Shown in pieces: positions 56,100 through 64,000 of a stretch of 64,000 nt of DNA. A model generated the notes under the pieces. The model was not told the origin of the DNA. It saw only the letters and a program-made list of their open reading frames with translations, and made no database searches. A program made the position numbers and the translations under genes. This stretch comes from Christensenella sp. UBA6880. Lineage in GTDB: Bacteria > Bacillota > Clostridia > Christensenellales > CAG-917. Numbering within the stretch: the stretch's first letter is position 1; each line of letters opens with the position of its first letter. Location of the stretch: assembly GCA_002449145.1 (NCBI GenBank), contig DKCG01000024.1, positions 14,266-78,265 on the forward strand. The letters run 5' to 3'.

Positions 56100-57281
56100 T
56101 CACGACATTTTTCTGTCAACGTCGATGACGAAAAAGTATTTGACGGGGTCGTTTGCAAATTCTCGTTTCATAGCGTTTTTCACATCGCCGAGAGAAAGTT
56201 TGCTGTCGTAGGGAATTACGACGTCGAAAAGCATATTCGTGTGCGTTTGTCCGCTGACGATTCTGAAATCGTGCAAAGAGAGTCCCTCGTCGAGGTTGGC
56301 AAGCGCGTTTTGCGCGCGAAGTTTGAGTTCTGCAAGTTTCTCGTTTTTGGTGTCCACGGGGTCCATATGTATGGTGATTCTCACGTGCATTTCGTTCCAA
56401 AAGTCGTGTTCGATGTTGTCTATGACGTCGTGGCTCTTGGTTATTTCAACGTCTTGCGGCACTTCGACGTGCGCAACGACGAAGCAATGGTTCTCGCCGT
56501 AACTGTGCACGACGAGGTCGTGAACGCCTATAACGCCGTCGTAGGAAAGTATTTTAGCCGTGATTTTGTCAACGAGTTCCTTGGGCGGCTTTTCGCCGAG
56601 AATAGGGGATATGGATTCCTTGATTAGAAGTATGCTCGACACGATGATAAACGCCGACACCGCGATACCCATTATGCCGTCCACGCTCACTTTGGGGCTG
56701 ATTTTGTCGCCCGCAACGTCGATGACAATCGTTGATATTAAGACGGCGACGGTTGCGAGCACGTCGTTTCTGCTGTCCGCCGCAGAGGCTTTGAGTGCGC
56801 CGCTGTTTATCGCCTTCGAGAAGTCAAGATATATGAGCATTTGCACGAGTTTCATTGCGATTGCCGCGCCCAACACGACGTACGTGTACACGCTTACGCT
56901 CACTGCTTCGGGCGTGATACACTTTTCGATTGACGATTTCAAAAGCAGTATGCCGATAAAAAGCACCGTGACCGACACGAGCAGAGAGGTTACGTATTCG
57001 TACCTTGCGTGACCGAACGGGTGATCCTTGTCGGGCGGTGTGGCGGAAAGTTTGAATCCGACGAGCGTAACGACGCTGCTTCCCGCGTCCGACAAGTTGT
57101 TTATTGCGTCCGCAACGATTGTTATGCTGTTGCCGACGATACCTACGATAAGTTTGAATACGCAAAGCAAAGCGTTTGATATTATGCCGAACACGCCTGC
57201 GACAAGCCCGTAACGAAAGCGCACTTTCGGGTTTTTCGTATCTTGATAATCCTTTATAAGCAGTTTGCGAATGAATTTCAT
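56100..57281 (-). CDS. Cation diffusion facilitator family transporter
   Basis: 393 aa from ATG 57281. Six TM segments, ITIVADAINNLSDAGSS, HPFGHARYEY and a C-terminal cytoplasmic domain. Confidence 0.85.
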   Translation of the reverse strand: MKFIRKLLIKDYQDTKNPKVRFRYGLVAGVFGIISNALLCVFKLIVGIVGNSITIVADAINNLSDAGSSVVTLVGFKLSATPPDKDHPFGHARYEYVTSLLVSVTVLFIGILLLKSSIEKCITPEAVSVSVYTYVVLGAAIAMKLVQMLIYLDFSKAINSGALKASAADSRNDVLATVAVLISTIVIDVAGDKISPKVSVDGIMGIAVSAFIIVSSILLIKESISPILGEKPPKELVDKITAKILSYDGVIGVHDLVVHSYGENHCFVVAHVEVPQDVEITKSHDVIDNIEHDFWNEMHVRITIHMDPVDTKNEKLAELKLRAQNALANLDEGLSLHDFRIVSGQTHTNMLFDVVIPYDSKLSLGDVKNAMKREFANDPVKYFFVIDVDRKMS

Positions 57282-57385
57282 AGTTTTATATTCTCTCTCG
57301 GTTGTTATTATTAAAATATTCCCCGAAAATCTCGATGTCAAGATTTTCGGGGAATTATGTGTTTTTATAATGATTAATATGTTTT

Positions 57386-57409
57386 GGGGTGTGGGGTGAA
57401 ACCCCGCCC
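57386..57409 (-). repeat. Bulged GGGYGGG..CCCRCACCC hairpin, copy 4
   Basis: The minus strand reads gggcggggtttcaccccacacccc. It is preceded by AATTAATAATTAATAATTT, which contains the potD stop. Confidence 0.6.
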
Positions 57410-57416
57410 GAAATTA

Positions 57417-58880
57417 TTAATTATTAATTTTTTTAGTTTTAATCGGTCTGAGTTTAATTGCTTGCACAATGAAGTACACGCCGACGACAACCGCGATTAC
57501 GCCGACTATCGCCAAAATGACGTACCAAAGGTTTACATCCACGCCTTCGCCCGATTTTGCTCTTTGCCACATATTGACCACGACGTCGTTACGCTTTCCG
57601 AAGTCGCGCATAACGCCCAAAGTTTCGTTGATGACAGGGTAGCGACCCTCGTCGGCAAAGTATTCTTCGACGTCGTATTCGCAATCTTCGAGGTATGCGC
57701 AAACATCCTCGTCGGCTTGAAGCAACGCCTTGTCGGTTGCCGAAGTGTAGCCGATTGCAACCGAGTTGCGCACCGAACTCATAGGATTGCACATATAGTC
57801 GATAAACATCATTGCGGCGAGTTTGTTGTTGACGGAAGTTGGAATACACCAGCCGTCGTACCAAATGTTGCTTGCGATGTCGGGGACGTAGTAGCCGAGT
57901 TGATATGTGTCCGTTTCCTCGTCGTAGTCGCCTTCTTCGATTGCCCAGAGCGCATCGCCGCTCCACGCAAAGTCGGCGTAAACGATTTCGTTTATCATAT
58001 CGTCCTTGCCGAAGTCGACTTCGTATCCCGATATATGTTCGCGTTGCTCGGTAAGCACTTTTTCCGCTGCCGCAACCATTTCGTCGTCGGTGCAGTTGAT
58101 GAGTTCTTGCACGGAATAGGATTTATATTTTTCGGGAAGAAGGTTGTATTCGTACATATAAAAGATTGCGGCGGCGTAGGTATCGCGCACGCTGTCTTTC
58201 ATAAGGATTTTGTTTTCGAGTTTCTCGTTTTTCTGCACGTTCCAAAGCACGCCCCAGCCGTATTGTTCGAGTTCTTCGAGGCTGACGACGGACGTGTTGT
58301 AGAGTATGCCGAGCGTGCCGTACATATAGGGAACCATATATTCGGTCATATCGTGGATAGCGCCGTCTTGCGATTTGACGTCGCCGAACATACTCTCGAT
58401 TTTGTCCATAACTTCGGGGTCGATGTTGCCCCAACCCGACCTTAAACTGCTCATATTGTCAAGTGAAATGTCGTATTTGGTCAAATCGTCCTGAATTTCC
58501 GCTTTTATGTCGTTGTGATTGAGAAGGCAGTTTGCGGTGAGTAGTTTTTCGATTGCGTATTCGCTCGGGCAAATCAAATCGACTTTCGCATCACCTTTAA
58601 GAACCTTTGTCATCATCGTTTCGTTGGTGTCGAAAGTGGTGTAAGTGATAGAAAGCGCGCGCCCCGTTTTTTCTTTGTAGTAGTCGGCAAATTCGTCGAG
58701 CAAAGTCTTGCCCGTTTCCTCGTCGATTTCCGCGTCGATATAGTCTTCCCAGTTGTAGATGACGAGTCTGTCGCCGCCGCTTTCGCCCTTCGTGCCGTTG
58801 TTGCAAGCGGTGAGGACGGGAAGCAGAATCGCACTCAAAACGAGGACGAGTACAATCAAAGTTGAAATGCGTTTTTTCAT
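57417..58880 (-). CDS. potD: Spermidine/putrescine-type ABC substrate-binding lipoprotein with extra C-terminal TM helix
   Basis: 487 aa from ATG 58880 (SD AGGAGG). Lipobox LTAC, LVIYNWEDYID, and the C-terminus LWYVILAIVGVIAVVVGVYFIVQAI. The long ORF-track N-terminal extension was trimmed. Confidence 0.8.
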   Translation of the reverse strand: MKKRISTLIVLVLVLSAILLPVLTACNNGTKGESGGDRLVIYNWEDYIDAEIDEETGKTLLDEFADYYKEKTGRALSITYTTFDTNETMMTKVLKGDAKVDLICPSEYAIEKLLTANCLLNHNDIKAEIQDDLTKYDISLDNMSSLRSGWGNIDPEVMDKIESMFGDVKSQDGAIHDMTEYMVPYMYGTLGILYNTSVVSLEELEQYGWGVLWNVQKNEKLENKILMKDSVRDTYAAAIFYMYEYNLLPEKYKSYSVQELINCTDDEMVAAAEKVLTEQREHISGYEVDFGKDDMINEIVYADFAWSGDALWAIEEGDYDEETDTYQLGYYVPDIASNIWYDGWCIPTSVNNKLAAMMFIDYMCNPMSSVRNSVAIGYTSATDKALLQADEDVCAYLEDCEYDVEEYFADEGRYPVINETLGVMRDFGKRNDVVVNMWQRAKSGEGVDVNLWYVILAIVGVIAVVVGVYFIVQAIKLRPIKTKKINN

Positions 58881-59704
58881 ACGTTCGCCTCCTTGTTCTT
58901 TTTCTTCTCGCGCGAGATCTTGACGAGGTTTATCGAAAGCACGACGGCAAGAACGATTACGAATATAATCGAGAATATCGCATACCAGAAAGGTTCGAGA
59001 CCTTGCACGCGCGCGTCCGAATAAATATAGGTGGACAATGTGTTGATGCCTGTTGCCGCGCCCTTGTTGATCTGGGTGATGATGAAGTCGTCCATAGACA
59101 TTATGAATGCCATAACGAATCCGCTGACGATACCGGGGGTTATGATGGGAATCATAACTTTGACCAGAGCCTTGAACGGATTTGCGCCGAGGTCGAGAGC
59201 CGCTTCGTAAATGTTGGGATCCATAGATTCGAGTTTTGGAAGCACGCTCAGAACGACGTAGGGGGTGCAGAACGCTATGTGCGCAATGATGAGGCGCAAA
59301 TATCCTTCGGGGAAAGCGAACGTGATGAAGAACACCATCATAGAAACCGCCATAACGATTTCGCTGTTGATGATGGGGAACTGGTTGACGTTTTCCACGA
59401 TACGTCTTGCGCGCTTGCCGAGGTTGAAGATGCCTATAGAGGCGAACGTGCCCATAATCGTTGCTACGACGGAAGATATGCTCGCGATGATAAACGTATT
59501 TGCGATTGCGCTCCACAGATCCGGCGATTTGTCGGATTTAAATATCGAAACGTATGCTTCGAAACTGAATCCGTTGTCGAAATTGAAGTTGGAACTGTTG
59601 GAAAACGAGTATATGAAGAGAAGAATTATCGGCGCATACAATATTGCGAGGATAATCAAAAGATAGAACTTTTCAAAAAAGCCTATAATTTTTTCTTTTA
59701 CCAT
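58877..59704 (-). CDS. potC: Spermidine/putrescine ABC transporter permease
   Basis: 275 aa polytopic protein with the EAALDLGANPF permease signature. 4-nt overlap with potD. Confidence 0.85.
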   Translation of the reverse strand: MVKEKIIGFFEKFYLLIILAILYAPIILLFIYSFSNSSNFNFDNGFSFEAYVSIFKSDKSPDLWSAIANTFIIASISSVVATIMGTFASIGIFNLGKRARRIVENVNQFPIINSEIVMAVSMMVFFITFAFPEGYLRLIIAHIAFCTPYVVLSVLPKLESMDPNIYEAALDLGANPFKALVKVMIPIITPGIVSGFVMAFIMSMDDFIITQINKGAATGINTLSTYIYSDARVQGLEPFWYAIFSIIFVIVLAVVLSINLVKISREKKKNKEANV

Positions 59705-60498
59705 AGTGACCTCCTCACAGCGTTGCTGTTGCGATTGAATTTGTTCATAACAAAGTTGGATATAAGCACGAATATAAGCATAACGATGCTCATTATCGAG
59801 CCGACGCCGTACATACCTTGCTCGAAACTCAGTTGTATCGAATCGCCGAAAAGGAATATCTTTCCGTTCGAGAGCAGTTGCGAGATTGCGTACGTCGAAA
59901 TCGTGGGGATAAACACCATCGTGATTCCGCTGAATATGCCGCTCATAGAGAGAGGAAGCGTGGTTTTCAAAAAGACGGTCGCTTTGTCCGCGCCCAAGTC
60001 TTGCGCTGCTTCGATATAACTCTTGTCTATGCCCGAAATGGTGGTGTGCAAGGGAAGTATCATAAACGGAAGATAGTTGTACACCATACCGAAAAGCACC
60101 GTTCCCATACCCAGTTCGATGTCAAGAGCAATGAAGATTGCCTTCGTCGCGAGCGTGCGGATAAGGAAGTTTACGCCCATAGGAATGACGTACAAAAGCA
60201 CGAGTATGCGTCCGCTCGGCATCTTTGAGAGAAAGTAGGCGACGGGATAGCCTATTACAAGGCACAAAGCCGTCGTTATTACACCAACGAGCAGAGAATT
60301 GCCAAGCACGACAAGGCTTGATTTTGATGTAAAGAATATCTTGAAGTTTTCAAGAGTCAGATTGTTGTCGCTGTCGAGAAACGCATTTACGAGGATAAGC
60401 ACGAGTGGCGTTACCACGAACAGCAGTAGGAAAAGGATGTAGGGAATCGAAAACACCTTTTTCGTCAATCTGAACTTTTTGCGAGAGGTGTTTTTCAC
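59698..60498 (-). CDS. potB: Spermidine/putrescine ABC transporter permease
   Basis: 266 aa, GTG start with SD AGGAGG. EAAQDLGADKATVF signature. Confidence 0.85.
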   Translation of the reverse strand: MKNTSRKKFRLTKKVFSIPYILFLLLFVVTPLVLILVNAFLDSDNNLTLENFKIFFTSKSSLVVLGNSLLVGVITTALCLVIGYPVAYFLSKMPSGRILVLLYVIPMGVNFLIRTLATKAIFIALDIELGMGTVLFGMVYNYLPFMILPLHTTISGIDKSYIEAAQDLGADKATVFLKTTLPLSMSGIFSGITMVFIPTISTYAISQLLSNGKIFLFGDSIQLSFEQGMYGVGSIMSIVMLIFVLISNFVMNKFNRNSNAVRRSLW

Positions 60499-62123
60499 TC
60501 TTTATCCTCCTTTTTATCGTTGCACGATTGCTCGTCTTCTTGTTGTTCGGCTTCGGTTATGATTTCCTCAACCGCGTCGAATTTTTCGGGTTCGGTGAGG
60601 CGCGCCTCTTCGATTGCTTCTTGTTCCTCTTTGGTGAGGGTTTCGTCCTTGACAACGTTTTCCACGGCGGTTTCATCTTCGTTGCGTTGTTCGATGACGA
60701 TCTTTTCGGGCGCGATCTTGATGCCTACGCGGTCGCCTTTGAGCCAATCGTCGTCGGTGTCCGCAAAGAAGATATAGTGATCGTCCGTCGAGAGTATGGC
60801 TTGATAGTAACTGCCCTTGTATATGGACGAAAGCACGGTTGCGCCGATTTGTCCGTCTTCCTCGTCGTCGGTGATTTCCACGTCGTCGAAGTCGACGAAC
60901 ACCTTTACGGGCGTTTCGACGGGAAGGTCGGTTTTGCACTCGAAGTCCGTTCCGCAAATTTCGACGAGGTTTTCGCCCGTGATATAGGTGTCGATTTCGT
61001 TGATAATGCGGGTCTTGTGCATAATGTGAAGGTCAAACGGCTTGATGTAGATTCCAACCGTTTCGCCCACGTCGTAAGTGTCGGTGTCGTGCGCCACGAT
61101 TTCGTTGCCGTTGGCAAGCAGGGTGATTTGATAATGGTCGCCCTTGAACACGGACGAGATAACCTCTGCCGTGAGTATCGTGCGCTTGTCGTCGACCTTT
61201 TTGATTTTCACGTCTTCGGGACGAATGATGACGTCGATGGGTTCGTTGTGTTTGAATCCTTTGTCCACGCACTCGAAAACGGTGTCGCAGAACTCGACCT
61301 TAAAGTCTTCGAGCATGGTTCCCGAAAGAATGGTGCTTTCGCCGATAAAGTCCGCAACGAACGCGTTTGCAGGCTCGTCGTATACCTTTTCGGGTGAAGC
61401 GATTTGCTGAATTTCACCAAGACGCATAACCACGATTTTGTCGGACATCGTGAGCGCTTCTTCCTGATCGTGCGTGACGTAAATGAAGGTTATGCCCAGT
61501 CTTTTGTGCATATCCATAAGTTCAAGTTGCATATCCTTGCGCATTTTGAGGTCGAGCGCGCCCAAAGGTTCGTCCAAAAGCAACACTTCGGGTTCGTTGA
61601 CAAGCGCGCGTGCGATTGCGACGCGTTGTTGTTGACCGCCGCTGAGCGAGGATACGTTTCTGTGTCCGTAGTCTTCGAGGTCAACCATTTTGAGAGCGTT
61701 GTTCACTTTTTCTTTGATTTCCGCTTTGGTGTACTTTCTGAAAAGTTGGATTGTTTCGCCTTTCTTGTTGGTTTTCGTGCCGTTTGGAATGACTTTGAGT
61801 TTAAGCCCGAACGCGATGTTGTTAAAGACATTCAAATGAGGGAAAAGCGCGTATTTTTGGAATACGGTATTTACGGGGCGAAGGTGGGGCGGTGTGTCCG
61901 TGATGTCCTTGCCGTTGAAAATGATTTTTCCGCTCGTGGGCATTTCGAAGCCGGCAATCATACGAAGGGTCGTAGTTTTGCCGCAACCGCTCGGACCGAG
62001 CAGCGTGACAAATTCGCCGCGCTTTATCGTAAGGCTGGCGTTTTTGACCACTTGTTTGCCGTCATACTCTTTGTAGACGTTGCGAAGTTCGATGATGTTG
62101 TCAACAGGTGTTTTGTTTGTCAT
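60495..62123 (-). CDS. potA: Spermidine/putrescine ABC transporter ATPase with duplicated TOBE-like region and acidic tail
   Basis: 542 aa from ATG 62123. GPSGCGKTT, LSGGQQQRV and LLLDEPLGALD are present. Two TOBE-like segments follow (VISSVFKGDHYQI.., VLSSIYKGSYYQA..), then a tail of about 70 aa rich in E/D. Confidence 0.85.
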   Translation of the reverse strand: MTNKTPVDNIIELRNVYKEYDGKQVVKNASLTIKRGEFVTLLGPSGCGKTTTLRMIAGFEMPTSGKIIFNGKDITDTPPHLRPVNTVFQKYALFPHLNVFNNIAFGLKLKVIPNGTKTNKKGETIQLFRKYTKAEIKEKVNNALKMVDLEDYGHRNVSSLSGGQQQRVAIARALVNEPEVLLLDEPLGALDLKMRKDMQLELMDMHKRLGITFIYVTHDQEEALTMSDKIVVMRLGEIQQIASPEKVYDEPANAFVADFIGESTILSGTMLEDFKVEFCDTVFECVDKGFKHNEPIDVIIRPEDVKIKKVDDKRTILTAEVISSVFKGDHYQITLLANGNEIVAHDTDTYDVGETVGIYIKPFDLHIMHKTRIINEIDTYITGENLVEICGTDFECKTDLPVETPVKVFVDFDDVEITDDEEDGQIGATVLSSIYKGSYYQAILSTDDHYIFFADTDDDWLKGDRVGIKIAPEKIVIEQRNEDETAVENVVKDETLTKEEQEAIEEARLTEPEKFDAVEEIITEAEQQEDEQSCNDKKEDKE

Positions 62124-62267
62124 ATTTGTGTCCTCGATGATGCGGTTTGCCGCAGTTGAATTCTTATTTACGATATTGATACGCACGCAATGCGTGCGCG
62201 CTTGCATGCAAGCGTAAGAATCTATTCTTTTCGCCTGATATTACACAAAGCGATAGAGTTGCTTAAA

Positions 62268-62801
62268 TCAAAATGTCGGCGGGGAAGCAACCCACAATAC
62301 GACCGCTTTTTCGTTCGTGCGATTTTCGAGACGGTGCGGCTTAGAGGAAGTGAAGTAAAACACTTCGCCCTTTTTCACGCAGTACGCCGCCTGTCCGATG
62401 TGAAGCCATATTCTGCCCGATATGACGTATCCGAATTCCTCGCCCTCGTGAGGCACGTCTTCTTCGAGATTCGTGTGCGGCTCTATGGTCACTCGTAGTG
62501 GTTCCATCTCGTTCTTTTGCGCATTGGGGACAAGCCATTCGATTTTGTACGAGTCCGCAACCTTTTCGATAAACTCTGCTTCTGTGAAAACGACCTTTTC
62601 TTCCTTTTCGTCCTTAAAGAAGTCCGCAAACGTCGTTCCGAGCGCGTTGAGGATGTCTTCCAAAGTGGTGATGGAGGGTGAAGTGAGTTCGTTTTCGAGT
62701 TGCGAAATATAACCTTTTGTCAATTCGCATCTGTCGGCGAGTTCCTCTTGCGTGAGGTTGTTTTGAAGCCTCAGTCTTTTGATTTTCGTGCCAAGTTCCA
62801 T
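62268..62801 (-). CDS. XRE-family HTH regulator with C-terminal cupin domain (PuuR-like)
   Basis: 177 aa from ATG 62801 (SD GAGGGA; the ORF-track start is a TTG). HTH: KIKRLRLQNNLTQEELADRCELTKGYISQLEN. Cupin: HEGEEFGYVISGRIWLHIG. Confidence 0.8.
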   Translation of the reverse strand: MELGTKIKRLRLQNNLTQEELADRCELTKGYISQLENELTSPSITTLEDILNALGTTFADFFKDEKEEKVVFTEAEFIEKVADSYKIEWLVPNAQKNEMEPLRVTIEPHTNLEEDVPHEGEEFGYVISGRIWLHIGQAAYCVKKGEVFYFTSSKPHRLENRTNEKAVVLWVASPPTF

Positions 62802-62844
62802 AAGTTCCCTCAAAAGCGAAAACGGTACACGAAGCGTGCGTTCC

Positions 62845-62877
62845 GTTTAGGCCGGCTAAACTTTCGGCTTAGTTTAG
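62845..62877. promoter_or_regulatory. Operator-like palindrome GTTTAG-N5-CTAAAC plus a third GTTTAG arm
   Basis: gtttag gccgg ctaaac (62845-62861), and agtttag at 62871-62877. Confidence 0.45.
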
Positions 62878-62924
62878 GCAAAATCGACCGAGAGTTTAAT
62901 AGGTTTCGCATTTTTTAACAAAAA

Positions 62925-62941
62925 GTTTAGCAAAACTAAAC
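62925..62941. promoter_or_regulatory. Operator-like palindrome GTTTAG-N5-CTAAAC
   Basis: gtttag caaaa ctaaac. It lies about 10-25 nt downstream of the predicted start site of the regulator-pot operon. Confidence 0.45.
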
Positions 62942-62957
62942 TTGTTTATCAAAATCG

Positions 62958-62986
62958 ATTATATATATTTGCAAAGGCTATGTCAA
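62958..62986 (-). promoter_or_regulatory. Consensus SigA promoter of the regulator-potABCD operon
   Basis: On the minus strand: TTGACA (62986-62981), exactly 17 nt, TATAAT (62963-62958). Confidence 0.7.
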
Positions 62987-63278
62987 TTGTTTTGATATAA
63001 TTTTTCGACAAATTTTTTTATTATTCCGATTCTTGGATGCAAGAGCAATCGATATTCAATACTTGCCGTTTTATACATGCAATAATGCGCAACACTCGCA
63101 AGCGTTGTCTTTTATGCAGGCAGAGCATTGCGCTTTCGGTGCGGATAAGCCATCGGATCGGTAAAGTCGGCAGAGATATTTTTATTTGATTTTTTTAATT
63201 GTTATTTGTTATAACTAAATATAATCAGTATTAATTTGAAACAAAATTTCCGCAAATAAATCGTTTGCGTCTTTGCAT

Positions 63279-63315
63279 AAAAAATCCTTGCAAAAATTTT
63301 GCAAGGATTTTTTAT
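63279..63315. terminator. Bidirectional terminator downstream of the TldD/PmbA gene
   Basis: aaaatccttgc-aaaaatttt-gcaaggatttt with flanking A and T runs. Confidence 0.7.
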
Positions 63316-63364
63316 CGTTTGAGTGAATTACACTTCTGTAATAGCGTAATGCAGGTTCAAAGTT

Positions 63365-64000
63365 TTAGTCCGCCGTGCCTGCGACCGCTATATCCGTGAA
63401 CTTGACCGCATAAGGACCTTCGTAGTTTGCGGACGAGAATCTTTCCGTCGAGAACGTCATATTTTGTTGTGCCTCGATGAGGTTGCCGTTTATCGAGCCG
63501 CCCGTAACGGGGGTGACTTTGCCGTCTTCGATGAGGTAGGCAAGACGGATTTCGCCGCCGAAGTGACCCGAGAACGTGTCCATTTGGAAGTCGGAAAACG
63601 CAACCGCCCAAAGGCAAGGCTTTTTCTTCATATCCTCGAATGACACGCTGCCGAGATTGTCGCATTTTGCTTTTTCGTACGCGCCGGTCGGTTCGATTCC
63701 GAGATAGCGGCAGAAGGGGGTGCTGCCGTGTATTGCCGAAAGTTTGCCGTCTTTTACGACCGCAAGGTCTTGCATCTTTATGCCGTCGCCGCTGAAAGGT
63801 CTCGTTGCAACCATAGTGAGGTCGAGAGCGTCGCCCTTGACGTCGCCTTGCACGCCGTCGCCCGTTTTCCACGAGGAATAACCAGGGTAAATCATATCCG
63901 CCGCCGATTTTTCTTCGTAGTAGGACAGCACTTCCGCAAGGTTTTTGCCGCTCAGAATCACGTCGTATTTGCCGCTCTTAAGCACTCTTTGCGCCAAAGC
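63365..64000 (-). CDS. TldD/PmbA-family metallopeptidase-like protein, C-terminal part (5' end outside window)
   Basis: The frame is open to the window edge. ...FSGHFGGEIRLAYLIEDGKVTPVTGGSINGNLIEAQQNM... is typical of the TldD/PmbA C-terminal region. Confidence 0.75.
   Translation of the reverse strand, partial: ALAQRVLKSGKYDVILSGKNLAEVLSYYEEKSAADMIYPGYSSWKTGDGVQGDVKGDALDLTMVATRPFSGDGIKMQDLAVVKDGKLSAIHGSTPFCRYLGIEPTGAYEKAKCDNLGSVSFEDMKKKPCLWAVAFSDFQMDTFSGHFGGEIRLAYLIEDGKVTPVTGGSINGNLIEAQQNMTFSTERFSSANYEGPYAVKFTDIAVAGTAD

Noticed and set aside
57417-59516. ORF-track N-terminal extension of potD (699 aa). The same issue affects potA (60495-62207), csoR (4442-4963), CDF (56100-57341), metN (50778-51827), metI, GH3 and the XRE regulator.
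   Set aside because: The extensions overlap the upstream gene or the promoter region, or start at TTG/GTG without an SD. In each case an internal ATG (for potB a GTG) with a good SD gives a protein of family-typical N-terminus.

Overview
This 64-kb window appears to come from a spore-forming Firmicute, probably a Clostridia-like organism. The evidence is spoIVA, a ytxC-like gene and a sigma-E-type promoter. All homology calls were made by eye from the translations and no search was run.

The left half (about 4.8-31 kb) looks accessory. It holds a csoR-copA copper operon with a recognisable CsoR operator and a DinJ/YafQ toxin-antitoxin pair. It also holds a four-helix-bundle gene (23S-IVS/Avd family) bracketed by mirror-image arrays of GATGATATC mini-hairpins. 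Next comes one uninterrupted 20.9-kb ORF for a secreted repeat protein of about 6,950 aa (GLUG-like beta-helix plus MBG/Ig-like units) with no visible cell-surface anchor. It is followed by three translationally coupled small proteins with TasA/camelysin-like (SipW-type) N-termini. The half ends with a tRNA-Ser/tRNA-Thr locus carrying recent tandem duplications.

The right half (31-64 kb) is mostly housekeeping. It encodes GDPD, a GH3 beta-glucosidase, an acetyltransferase, an AraC regulator, an ECF sigma/anti-sigma pair, serC-serA and RNase J. It also encodes a DUF512 protein, der, an aminotransferase, metNIQ, spoIVA, a MATE transporter, yhbY, a CDF transporter, an XRE/cupin regulator with potABCD, and a TldD/PmbA fragment.

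Intergenic DNA is unusually rich in families of short covarying hairpins. I saw no rRNA, CRISPR array, transposase, integrase or reverse transcriptase.

The best candidate for an undescribed system is the giant-adhesin locus. It combines the anchorless giant protein, the TasA-like trio, a duplicated promoter module and an IVS-like four-helix-bundle cassette in the leader.
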